Assembly (NCBI RefSeq): GCF_009914755.1
Contig: NC_060931.1
Length of the DNA: 64,000 nt
Source: the human T2T-CHM13v2.0 reference genome, Homo sapiens
Direction: 5' to 3' (one strand)
Made by a program: the position numbers and the translations under genes. Position 1 is the first letter of the stretch. Every line of letters begins with the position of its first letter. This document shows, piece after piece, positions 1 to 30,393 of the stretch. The notes under the pieces were generated by a model. The model searched no databases and was not told the origin of the DNA. It saw nothing but the letters and a program-made list of their open reading frames with translations.

Positions 1-270
<270 letters not shown>

Positions 271-335
271 CTACACTCCAGCCTGGGTGACAGAGCAAGA
301 CTCTGTCTCAAAAAAACAAAACAAAACAAAACAAA

Positions 336-508
336 AGGACAGCACTCGGAGAGCTTCGATGCTGAACTTGTGGAGGTGCCGGGAGGGTGGTGTGCCCAGA
401 GAGGGCATGGAAGCTCCACCCCTTCCCACAAAACTTGCCCCTTTGGCCTCGGCATCTGGCCATTCCTCTGCATTTTCCGTAATGCCCCTTATAGTAAACT
501 GGTAAACA
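336..508 (+). mobile_element. MER21-like ERV LTR fragment split by Alus
   Basis: GGAGGGTGGTGTGCCCAGAGAGGGCATGGAAGCTCC...TAGTAAACTGGTAAAC resembles MER21 as recalled; further pieces at 1-23 and ~814-870. Confidence 0.55.
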
Positions 509-1046
509 GGCCGGCCATGGTGGCTCACGCCTATAATCCCAGCACGTTGGGAGGCTGAGGCGGGCAGATCACTTGAGGCCGGGAGTTCAAGACAAACCTG
601 GCCAACATAGCAAAACCCTGTCTCTACTAAAAATACAAAAATTAGCCAGGCGTGGTGGCGGGTGCCTGTAATCCCAGCTACTTGGGAGGCTTAGGCAGGA
701 GAATCGCTGGAGCCCAGGAAGAGGAGGCTGGTTGCAGTGAGCCGAGATCACACCTCTGCACTCCAGCCTGGGCGACAGAGCAAGCCTCCGTCTCAAAAAA
801 CAACAACAACAAAAGTGCTTTGTGTTAAGTATAGAGTGGTGTGAGAGTAGGAAACACACTTTGGTCTTATTTTATTTTTATTTCAGAGACAGGGTCTGGT
901 TCTGTCACCTGGTATGATCACAGCTCACTATAGCCCTGAACTCCTGGGTGCAAACCATCCTCCCACCTCAGCCTCCCTAGTAGCTGGGACTACAAGTGCA
1001 CACCATCATGCCTGGCTACTTTTTTTTTTTTTTTTGTAGAGAATGA

Positions 1047-1740
<694 letters not shown>

Positions 1741-1875
1741 TCAAGCTCCTGGTCTCAAGTGGTCCTCCCACCTCAGCCTCCCACTGGGATTACAGTCATG
1801 TCAGTGTACCCGGCCTATTTTTATTTTTAATTTTTAATTTTTAATTTTTTTGTAGAAACATGCTATGTTGTTTAG

Positions 1876-2295
<420 letters not shown>

Positions 2296-2529
2296 TAGTG
2301 CTGAAAGCTTTTAAGTATCATTTTCCCTCTTCCCCTGTGACTGACATCTGGGGAAGTTGATAAGAAGCCTCAGTGCTCCCTCCTTTGCCGCCAATGGGAG
2401 CTTTAAACCACACAAGCCCCTGAGTGCACAAACCCTCACCCAGTCACACCCACCAACCACCATACTAACCCTGAGCCAGTCTCCTTTCCCTGTTCTCGCA
2501 AGACATTTTATTTATTTATTTATTTTTAG

Positions 2530-2694
<165 letters not shown>

Positions 2695-3087
2695 TAGTAG
2701 AGACGAGGTTTCACCATGTTGGCCAGACTGGTCTCAAACTCCTGGCCTTGTGATCCACCTGCCTTGGCTTCCCAAAGTGCTGGGATTACAGGCATGAGCC
2801 ACCACGCCCGGCCTCTTTTAGTTATTTTTAAATGTACAATTTGGCCGGGTGCGGTGGCTCACGCCTGTAACCCCAGTACTCACTATGTTGCTCTCATCAA
2901 GATCAAGAGACTCCATCTCTACCAAAAATACAAAAATTAACTAGGTGTGGTGATGCGTGCCTGTGGTCCCAGCTACTTGAGAGGCCTAGGTGGGAGGATT
3001 GCTTGAGCCTGGGAGGTTGAGGCTGTGGTGAGCCGAGACAGCACCACTGCACTCCAGCCTGGGCAATAGAATGAGACTATGTCTGAA

Positions 3088-3190
3088 AAGGGAAGGGAGG
3101 GGAAGGGACGGGAAGGGAAAGTAAGGGAAGGAGTAAGGGAAGGGAAGGGAAGGGAAGGGAAGGGAAGGGTGGGGGAGGGGAAGGGAAGGG
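3088..3190 (+). repeat. (GGAAG)n purine-rich repeat in Alu tail
   Basis: GGGAAGGGAAGG units seen directly. Confidence 0.9.
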
Positions 3191-3239
3191 ACAGCCTTGG
3201 AAAATAAAAAATGAAAAACAAAATTAAAGAAGGAAATGA

Positions 3240-5278
<2,039 letters not shown>

Positions 5279-5984
5279 TTTTTTTTTTTTAGTTTTTTTT
5301 TTTTTTTTTTACAAATAATGGGCCAAAATGGCAGGAAATTACTGCTTCTGAAAGCAGACTGAGTTCGGGAATAATGTCCTCTATGACAACACCAGCACAC
5401 CTTCATGTAGATACGGCTGATGACAGTTCTTGGGAACAAAATGATGATGGACAAATTGTGAATAATGGCGGTCCTCCACTACTGTCAATGATTTCACAGG
5501 TCAGATGCACATTAAACTAACTGTAACCAGAAAATGCAATGAAGCCGTGCCGTGATGACTCATGGGGTGGGGGAGTTACAGCCTCGGCTCTCGGGCAGGC
5601 TCACGGGGTGAGTGCAGGTTGCACGCCTTTGGCCGTAACTGCATGGAATTACAGCCAGCACGGATGATACGGATTTTCATAGACAGAACTTCCATGCTTC
5701 TTCCCAGGAAAACAGCAAAACATCACTTGTTGACAATAGTTTAGTCTGCAGGTAGCTATCTTGCCCTTTCTGATTCTTGGTGCTGGTTAACATTAAGACA
5801 AAGAAAACAGGCCGGGCGCGGTGGCTCACGCCTGTAATCCCAGCACTTTGGGAGGCCGAGGCGGGTGGACCACCTGAGGTCAGGAGTGCGAGACCAGCCT
5901 GACCAACATGGAGAAACCTTGTCTCTACTAAAAATACAAAATTAGCTGGGTGTGGTGGCACATGCCTGTAATCCCAGCTACTCA

Positions 5985-6089
<105 letters not shown>

Positions 6090-6328
6090 TCAAAAAAACA
6101 AACAAAAACAGGCCAGGTGCGGTGGCTCAAGCCTATAATCTCAGCACTTTGAGAGGCCGAGGCAGGAGGATCACTTGAGGCCAGCAGTTTCAGACCAACC
6201 TGAGCAACATAGAAAGACCCTATCTATACAAAAAAACTTAAAAAATTAGTCAGGCATGGTGGCACACACCTATAGTCCCAGCTACTCAGGAGGCTGGGAT
6301 GGGAGGGTCCCTTGAGCCTGGGAGGTCA

Positions 6329-6763
<435 letters not shown>

Positions 6764-7047
6764 CTACCTAGAAGGAAGGAGTAGCTTCCTCTCACCCTCA
6801 TTGGGAGAAATGCAGAGATAGGATAATTGTCTTTATGACTCCAAAAATGCCTGAGACAAGAACATGTCAACAAATAACTCCAATGAGAGCCTCTCAGTTC
6901 ACATATGACCCCATTTCATCCTTGCAAGAACACCGGGCAATAGATAATATCTTAAAATTCCCATTTTACTAATAAAAAATTCCTAGCCAGACGTGGCAGT
7001 TCACACCTGCCATACCACCACTTTAGGAGGGCAAGACGGAAGGATAA

Positions 7048-7404
<357 letters not shown>

Positions 7405-7599
7405 TGAGACCCACTTTTCTCTTAATTTCCCCAATTCCTAGAATAGTGCATGGCCCACAGGAAATCCGCAGAATATATTTGCAGAATGAATGAATGACTT
7501 GCCAAAGGAATTAGGGCAAATAAGTAGATATCGAGTAAACATCCACAACCACCTGCCCCATACCCTTTTCAGCTCTGGGGAGATGGTGGCTCCTGTGGG

Positions 7600-8993
<1,394 letters not shown>

Positions 8994-9443
8994 GTATTTT
9001 TTAATTTAATATTTAAATATGTATTTAAAATTTGTGTATGAATTTACATAAATGGTATCACACTTTCATTTAACGTTAATTTAACTGTGTTGTATCATAT
9101 GAATTTTATTTATTCCTTTATTGAAGTCCAGTAAGGCCATTTCCAATTGCTTTTATTGCATATTTGCTGTAATGACCACCATCCCTGTCCGTATATTCTA
9201 TTATGCATATTTCTTGGAGAACACACAGAGGTTTCTTTAGCTAATATACCTGGAAGTGGAATTGCTAAGTCACAGGGAATGTACATTTGTAATTTAGGGC
9301 GTATTGCTGATTGCTATTCAGAATATCTTTTCCAAGTTACTATCCAAACCAGCAATGTATAAGATTTCCCATTTCTTACATACTTGCCTTTTTTGCCACC
9401 CCAGTGGTTTGAAACATAATTCCTTTTTTTTTTTTTTTTGTGA

Positions 9444-9695
<252 letters not shown>

Positions 9696-10081
9696 TAGGC
9701 TTGAGCCACTGCGTCTGGCTGAAACATAATTCATTTTCTGATTTGCCTTTCCCTGATTATTAGTGAGGTTGAGCATCTTCTGTGTTTTCTTTTTTGTGAA
9801 TTGCCTATTAATACCCTTAGCCCATTTCTTTGTTAGCATATTTGTATCAAGATGTCATTTCTCTGTCAGTACTTTGTCTCTTTAATATGTGTATTTTAAA
9901 CATATGTTTTAATGTCATAGGTTTTGAGTTTGTGTGGTTTTTTTTTTTTTGACCCACCTCCTTGGATATGTTTTCTTAAGGAATGTTTTCAGCATAAGCT
10001 TCAGATGTCCCCCTGACCAGATACATGGCAAGAGTTTTGATACTCCCTCATTCTTACTGTTCCTCTTTGCTTCCTTTTCAG

Positions 10082-17671
<7,590 letters not shown>

Positions 17672-18690
17672 TAAAGACTAGCCGAGGGACATAGGATTTC
17701 AGAATATATCTATACTTCAGTGCGATCTCCCAGTCTGAGCCACTTTGAATTCTGTCTTTAACTTCTATCTTTCCTTGTAATTCTTATCTTCCTTTTCCCA
17801 CAAAGAATTGAACGAATCCTCCATATCTGTAATCCTACAAAGCAAATTCCTAAAGCAAAACAAGAATTGGCCAAAACTCTTAACATTTTATTATGAAAAT
17901 TTTCAAACCTACAGAAAAATTGAAATATTTTACGTTGATCACCTGTATACCTACCACTGGTACTACTAAAAAGTTAACAGTTTACTGTATCCTCTTTATC
18001 ATACATATGTCCTCTGTCTGTCCATCAGCACATCTTTGTTATGTTTCATTTCATGATAATGCATTTCAAAGTAAATTGCAAAAACATCAGTACACTTCCC
18101 TGTAAGTACTTCAGCATGCAGATCATTACCCAGAGTGGAATATCTTTTTTCTTTTGATGTGAGATTTGTATACAGCGTATCCTATACATCTGTTTAACCA
18201 GATCTCATATCAAGATGTAAACAGTTTGGTTTTTAAAAACTTTAATCATTGTCATTATTTGTGATCTAAACTGGCATTTAGTTTGTTACATGGTAAAGTA
18301 TGGTTGAGAACTAACTTTATTAAGATGTGTTGCTTGATCTTCCAACTCCCCATAGATTCTTTGACTATCTCTCTTACGTATTCTATAATAGAAAAAAAAT
18401 AGTTGTTTGTAAATATGGTATGGAAAGAAGATGGCTGTAAGATTGGTTTAAATCCCCAACTATACTTCTTTACTAGTTATAACTAGTAAAACTAGTCTGC
18501 CGGCTCCAGACAGGTTTGTTTAACCTCTCTGAGCCACCATTTTCTCATCTCTCTTATAGGGCTGGTAACTTCCTTATAGAGTAATTAGAACAAATGTTAT
18601 TCTTTTCTGCACATAAATTCTTAAAATGATTTCCCCTACATGGGAAATGTACTGCCTGGCCTTTGATTTTATGCTTCTGTCTCGTTTCAG

Positions 18691-19027
<337 letters not shown>

Positions 19028-19650
19028 TAATAGATAGATGAGAAGTAGAGAAGTTCTGCTTTGACCGTAAAAACATGGAGGGTAATACATTCTACTGTGG
19101 AATGCAGGAGTATGAGAGATGCGTTCTAATCCTGCTCCTTCCTGATTTGCTTTCCGACTTGGGACAGGTCACACAACCATCCATCCCCCAGGTGGCTCAG
19201 TTATCAGTGATAGGACGTAAGGTCTGTAGAGAGTCCGGGAACACAGCAGTGCCCCCTCAGAAGAGAATGGGCAGCTACTGACAGCTCCCAGCGTTCTCCC
19301 CCCAGGATCCTAAAATAGATGGCACTTAAAGGCCTTGGTTGAGGGTGAGGAGGGTGCTGGTTTGTGGTGGGTAACACAGGCGTCTTCCATGAAGGACAGC
19401 ACACGGTGCATGCTTTGTAGCTGTGGCCAGAACAGGAGCGCACGCACCAGCAGAGACCTTGGCTTACTCCTCTTGGTCGCTCTTACTGCCATTAAATTCT
19501 ATTCTACTGAAATTCTTGTGATTCTCAGCAACACAGTGATGTTTCTTTTGTCCAAAGGACAAACGTGGAGTTATCGTAGTGGTTAAAATACTCATTGGGT
19601 CTTACCTGTAGGAAGGGAAGAACCAAGCCAAGGACTGTGGCTTATGCTGA

Positions 19651-22731
<3,081 letters not shown>

Positions 22732-22846
22732 TAGCCATGCTGGGAAGAAAGCTGAAACTGTGTTAAAATGGCATTTGGGGGTTGCCTGTCTCATGTATTC
22801 TTATTTTCCATTTACAGAAGGAACCTTTCCCTTTCTCAATTTTTAG

Positions 22847-22961
<115 letters not shown>

Positions 22962-24487
22962 GTAATGCAAACTATGTTGGTGGCAGTGTGTAGCTGCAAC
23001 ACCGTACCTTCTTCACAGTCAGTGAAGGAAGCTGTGCTACAGGTGTCTGCTGAGCATCTGGACAGGAACTATTTTCTCAGCACGTCAAAATTTTTAGAAA
23101 GTGGCTGCCCTTGTTGGCTTCCTTCTTCCTACTTAAGATAAACTGTGAGAGGAAAATTTTGTGTGGTGTTAGAAAATTCATGTGTGAGAAGGTATTTGAG
23201 TGTGCTGTTAAGCTTGGGGGAAAAAACTGGTCTCGAAGGTTTGATGCGAATTGGCTGTGTTATTAGGTAAAAACTACCCAGACTTATGAATGAGGGCTTA
23301 CTGCAGAGGGTCACTTATGCAACTGAGAGAATGGCTAATAACCACGTTTCTCCAAAATTCTGTCATTCTTATTGGTGAAATAACTGCTGAAAACCCTTTT
23401 GAAGAGGTTACTTCAGGTCTGATCCCCAAAAATGTAAACTTGAGTGTTATAACAACTCAGATTTTATCTGAGTTACTTCCACCCAGTAAAGGAGTTTACT
23501 ACAACTTTTCTAGAGATCATCCCTTTCTGTTACATGTGTACTTAATTACCACACTTGATTTCAGGTATGACTAAGTGGAAACTCAGGTAACTATAAAGCT
23601 GGAAAGTATTTGTATTTACTATGAACTTTTCAGGCTCTAAAAGAAAATCCCTTAGGCTATGACCCCTGAGGTTCCTAAGCCAGTCTGTGGAGCAGTGCTC
23701 TGCTGACATGACATTGGCCCTGGCCTGTGGCAGAATGTAGAACTAGGGACAGTGTGCAGGTGGTTTTTCATTCAGCCAGATTTACCCAGAGTTCAGAACA
23801 GGCATCCTTGTACATAGCCATACAGCGTTTGTTTCTGACTTCAGTGGTGGAGAAAGTGCTACTTTGCAAGATAGTTGACTTCCTTGTTGGTCAGCTCTGT
23901 CTTTTAGACAGTTCTTCCTTTATATTTGTCAGCATGTACTTCCTGAAATGTCCTGCCATGGTTGTAGTTCTTGCCTGTGGAGAGAGATTCTGGCTGTTGC
24001 CCATTCGTCAGCCTGACTGCCCTTCTCCTCTTCCTGTGCGCCCCCCTCTAGCTTGTCAGGGTCTCTTTGAAAGTTGGGGTATAGAAGACTGCACATCATA
24101 CTCCACATGAGGTCTGCTCACATTCAGCCTTGCTCTTTTCACCCACATTGCTGTCAGGTCATAAACCTGTCTCAGTTTTGGTGCATCTCACATTTTCCCC
24201 TGTTAACTTCATTTTATTTGATTCAGTTTCTTGTTTTAGGTATAGCACTTTAATTTAGGTGCTGATTCTTTAATTTTACTTATCAGATAATCTTGAAGGA
24301 CCCTGGAAGTATAAGATAGAAAATACACTTGATTTACGTTAGTAGTTTAATGTTTATGGCTCACACTTAGCCTATTTTAACAGCTTTTTATAAGGACACA
24401 GGCTAAGAATCCCTCATCTGTTCCAGGGATTCCATTTTTCTCCTTTTCAGTTTGTTTTCCATGGAAGCACTGCTCTTTGGGCTATAA

Positions 24488-24942
<455 letters not shown>

Positions 24943-25009
24943 TTAACGTGATAAACTACAAAAAGAACCGAGTAAAGATGAAAGAAATAATAGTGAAAAT
25001 TTTAATTTG

Positions 25010-25262
25010 TAGCATTGATAATTATAGTAATTAACATTTATTGAGCACTTAATATGTACCAGTCACTTTTCTAAGTGCTTTAATGGATTATTTCATTTAT
25101 GTTTCAAATAGCCTTATGAGATGTATGTGCCATTGTTATCATTTTATAGAAAAAACTGAAGCACAGAGAGGTTAAGTAACTTGGCAGATGTTACACAGCT
25201 AGCGAGTAGCCGAGCTGGGAATCTGGCTTCAAAGCTTACTCTCTAACCATGTGCTTTTCTGT
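25010..25262 (-). mobile_element. MIR SINE
   Basis: AAACTGAAGCACAGAGAGGTTAAGTAACTTG core; other MIRs near 18420-18600, 27700-27900, 28920-29100, 47730-47930. Confidence 0.75.
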
Positions 25263-26350
25263 TCCCATAATACCAAAAACTGGTTTTGTTTTTTGTATTT
25301 TTTTTTTTAATTTTGAGAGGGAGTCTGCTTCCCAAGCTCAAGCAATTCTCCTGCCTCAGCCTCTCAAGTAGCTGGGTTTAATTACAGGTGTGCGCCATCA
25401 CGCCTGGGGGTTTCACCATGTTCAACAGGTTGGTCTCGAACTCCTGACCTCAGATGATGCACCCTCCTCGGCCTCCCAAAGTGCTGGGATTACAGGCATG
25501 AGCCACACTGCGCCTGGCCCCAAAAACTTGTTTTCTGAAGAAAAAGTTTGAATTTAAAAATATGTGAGAATGAGCAAGAGAAAAGGAGAATCAAAATAAA
25601 ATGTATTAGTAACCAGATAGTAAATGTTAAGATCAAGAGATTACCAAGAACAGACAAGCCCACCCTGCCTGCCTGCTCTTCAGTGTGTTATTGGGTCCTT
25701 CCAAGGGAAGTGACAGTACATGTCTGGTGAATGAGCTTGTGATGAGTGAATGGGATTCCCTCCCAATAGGCAACTGAGAGCAAAGTTCTGGGTGGAGGGT
25801 CCTTGGTGCATCCTCCACTTACTCTTCATGCCAATGGGTACCTCAGGCCTGTCTGTCCAACCTCTGGACTTTCTTAACTCTGCCCCAGTCTCCATCCTTA
25901 ACCACTCAGGGCCAGCCTCTTACATGGGATTCCTTCTTCCAATCTAACCCTCCTCCAGCCCCTCCCCTGTGTGGCTGGGGTAAGGCAGAGTCTGATCCCA
26001 TCTGGCCTGGCCTGTGCCCAGAAGTGCCCAAGAGGCAAGTGTCCTCTTGCCCACAGGACCCCAGGAGATGATGGGCACACTAAAGTTTGAGAACTACTGC
26101 CTCAGGCAACTTTATAACATGCCTTTCCAATTCAGGTTTGGATCCAAATCCTCATTCCAGTACTTATTAGCTGCTTATAATTTTTTGTTTGTTTGTTTTA
26201 AAGAGGCAGGGTCTGGTCAGGCTTGGTGGCTTATGCCTGTAATCCTAGCAGTCTGGGAGGCTGAGGTGGGCGGATCACTTGAGGTCGGGAGTTCGAGACC
26301 AGCCTGCTGAAAATGGCAAAAGCTCATCTCTACTAAAAATACAAAAGTTA

Positions 26351-26509
<159 letters not shown>

Positions 26510-26854
26510 TCAGAGGAAAAAAAAAAAAAGGCAGGGTCTCTGTTGCCTGGGCCAGAGTGCAGTGGCACAATCATGGCTAACAGTGGCCTTGAACTGGGCT
26601 CAGGCAGTCCTCCTGCGTCAGCCTCATGAGTAGCTTGGACTACAAGCTCGTACCACCAGGCCCAGCTAATTTTAAAAAATTCTTTGTAGAGATGGGGCTT
26701 GCTGTGTTGTCCAGGGTGGTCTCAAACTCCTGGCCTCCAGTGATCCTCTTGCCTTGGCCTGTCAAAGCGTTGGTATTACAGGCGTGAGCCACTGCACCCA
26801 GACCTTATTAGCTTCTTGATCCTGTTTCTCCATCTGTAAAATGGGCTCTTGTGA

Positions 26855-27052
<198 letters not shown>

Positions 27053-27403
27053 TGAGTAGCTGGGACTACAGGCGTGCACCACAACAGCCAGCCAGTTTTT
27101 TGTATTTTTAGTAGAGACGGGGCTTCACCGTGTTAGCCAGGATGGTCTCGATCTCCTGACCTTGTGATCCACCCGCCTCGGCCTCCCAAAGTGCTGGGAT
27201 TACAGGTGTGAGCCACCACACCTGGCCTCGATCCCCGTTTTACAGATCAAACAAGTTCAGTGAGGTTAGGACATTGCCGAAGGCCCCATAACATGGATGT
27301 GAGGAGCCAGGTTGGACCTGTGTGCATTCATTAGATGGGTGGGAGGCTGAGGAATTCACAGGACGCTAACCTGGCCCTCTGGACATCTGTGTGTGCTGCT
27401 TAG

Positions 27404-27597
27404 GTGCATGCAGGAGCGGGGGCAGGGGCTGCTGGTGTGGCAGCAGGAGGAGCCCTCTGAGTTTGACTTGGCCTACGCCAATTTCCTCTCCCTGGATATC
27501 AGCATGCTGCGGCTCTTTGAGACCTTGGAGACGGCACCACAGCTCACGCTGGTGCTGGCCATCATGCTGCAGAGTGGCTGGGCTGAGTACTACCAGT
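27404..27597 (+). pseudogene. XKR8 exon-2 homolog (194 nt)
   Basis: TAG acceptor 27401-27403, donor T|GTGAGT; open frame; FETLET suggests one codon lost relative to recalled FETFLET. Confidence 0.9.
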
Positions 27598-30393
27598 GTG
27601 AGTGAAGGCCAATGGTTGGTCCCCCTGTCGTGGCTTGGGAGGTCTCTCTCAAATGTCAGAACTGTTTTTATTCTTTTATAAAGGCTGCTTAGAAAACAGG
27701 ATAACAGGCTTTAGTCAGGCAGATCTGGCTTGAAACCTAAAGTCATTCTGCAGCTGTTTGCGTTTGGACAAATGCCTTGACCTCTCTGAGTATGTTTGTT
27801 CTCATCTGAAAAATGGACATAAATCCTCCTGCCTCATAAGGTTGATGAAAGGATTAAGTGAGGTGATGCAAAGAAAGCCCATTTCCTGGTACATAAGTTC
27901 CTGGTACAGAGTCTCACTCTGTCGTCACCCATAGTGGAGTACAGTGGCCTGATCATTGCTCACTGCAGCCTCGACCTCCCAGGCTCAGTTGATCCTCCTG
28001 TCTCAGCCTCCTGAGTAGCTGGGACTACAGGCATGTGTCAACCATGCTGGCTAACTTTTCTTTTCTTTTCCTTTGTTTGGTAGAGACGAGGTCCCACGTT
28101 GTTACCTAGGCTGGTCTTGAACTCCTGAGCTCAAGTAACCTCCTACCTCAGCCTCCTAAGGTGCTGGGATTACAGGTGTCGGCCACTGTGCCTGGCCCAC
28201 AAGTCTTAATTGTAACTTTTATAATTTTGAAGATAATAAAGTGTGTAAGGTGCCTGATACAGAGTAGGTAACTTTTTTGTTAAGAAACAATTTAATACGT
28301 TGGGATGTGCACAGGTTGCGTGAGGCCAGAGTTGGAGACCATCCTGGGTAACAGAGTGAGACCTCATCTCTTCAAATTTTTAAAAAAGAAACAAGAAACA
28401 ATATATTGAATGCCTTCATCCAGTCGGGTTTTCATTGTGCCTCTCTTTTCTGCCTGTTACTGTGCTGGGGACACAGCAGTGAACAAGATGAACCCAGCCC
28501 CTGCGCTGCCAGGATGATAGACTAAAACAAGTAGCTACTGTATAGCATGTTGAGTGACTGGAAAAGGGAGAGGCAGGTGGCAGAGGCTCACAGGGCCCCC
28601 TAAGCATGGGTGAAGTTTATAGTGAGGAGCTTTGGGAGGGTTTTTGCCCATAAAGGGAAGGTGACTTGCCTGTTTTCACAGACTCAGACAGTGGCCAAGC
28701 TAAAGAGGGCCCCCACCCACATCCAACTCAGGGTCCAAGCCTTCCCCTTTGCCTTCCTCCACCGCTGCCATAAATGCCAGAGCCTCTCAAGGAACCAGTC
28801 CTCATTCTACCGTCACTTGCTGTGTGACCCGGAGAGCCTTCCTGTGGAAGATGGAGGTTGGACTCAATCTCCAAGGGCCCTTTCATCTTGTTAGTCTGAG
28901 TCTATGTATTGATTGAAAAAACAATAATAGCAGCTGTCACTGTTAGCCAGGTGCCAGCTATTAGCCAGGCCCGGTGGGAAGCACTTACAGTCATCATTGC
29001 TCATGTTCACAGCAGCCCTATAGGTTTGTGCTAGGTTGATCTCCATTTTTAAAGAGGTGCAGAAAGGTGAGTGACTTGCTCTGGGTCACTGGGCACTCAC
29101 TGGGCACATGTTTTTGTCTGTTGAGGGTGGGGGAGGTCTAGAACCAGGGCCAAGTGCAGACAGTCTGCACTGCATGTATGGCAGGGGGTAAGGGGGCGAA
29201 ACAGATTTTCCCTACTTTTTATTTAGCAAACCTCTCTTTCGCTGCTGTTATGTGCCAGGTACTGGGCTGCTGGGGGATCCCAAGTGAGCAGAGTCTGTTT
29301 TCTACCCTCGAGGAGCTCAGAGAAAAGGAAATAGATAATTACTGTGTGATGAGACTCCAGACAGAGGTGGGTGGCATGTTACAGGGATACCTGACACAGC
29401 TGAGTGGGTGGCGTGGGGTCAGGGTGGGGCCTGTGGGGTAATGGAGGAGTAGGCCAGGGAAGTGAGGCATGTGCTTTTGGTGACCTAACAGCCTGGGCAG
29501 AGCTTGTCAAGGTCACGGAAGGTGGCATGCTGGGGAAACTGGAAGAACATCAGCCCTGCTGAGACCTGGGTGAGGGTAACAGGCACAGCTCTGTTTCCAG
29601 GCTAGGTGTGGGTTCTGGGCGCCTAATAGGTTTCCAGTAAACGTCTGTCGAGTGACTGGGATGGACGGGGACGGGAGGAAGCAGTCAGGAGATGTGCCGG
29701 TGCCACTTGCATCCCTCCTTGGAGGCCCTTGTGCCTCTGCTCCAGGATGGGACAACCAGGAGATGGGATAGGACCCTAGGACCCCTGTTGTAAACTTCTG
29801 GATCTTGGAAAATCAAGACTAGGGGTCAGTCCGATGGCCTTTGGTCTTGGAGGGGAGGGAAGGGGAGTGGGGAGACCTTCTGTCCACACAGCAGGGACAT
29901 CTTTCCTGGCCCTGAGGGCAGCTTTAGCCAGAGCCTGTTGCCACCCCATGGGATTTTCTACTCCCTTTTTGAGACTAAGAAAGAGGGAACTGAGACTGTT
30001 GATTTTCAGACACAAGAAAGGCTTGTGTTCTTCCCAGAAAGAAAGGGTTATGGGGCCCTGGAAGACGCCCAGGGTGCAGCCAAGGCCCAGGGGTGCTGAG
30101 TGCTGGGTGGGCCACAAGTCACACCCTCTCATCTTTGACAAATACCACCTGGATATAGCACCTGTGCAGCAAAGCACTGTGGTGAGGGGCAGGTTCCATG
30201 TTAGGAGTCGTAGCTTTGTTTTTGGTTACGGGAACTCGCTGGGTCTTCTCCAGCCTCAGATTTGCCTTCAACAAACGAGGGATTCTAATACCTACCCCAG
30301 GGTTGCTGGGAGGGCCCCCACGGTGCCCGCGACCCCTGGGGAATGCCAAGCAGGCTGGCTCCTGGACTCACTGTTCCCTCCTACTCCTTGCAG

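Noticed and set aside
5279-5800. Poly-T followed by unique sequence, suggesting a retrocopy; AP-1 site TGACTCA at 5556
   Set aside because: Poly-T abuts an L1 end, no recognisable peptide or target duplication; a single motif is weak evidence
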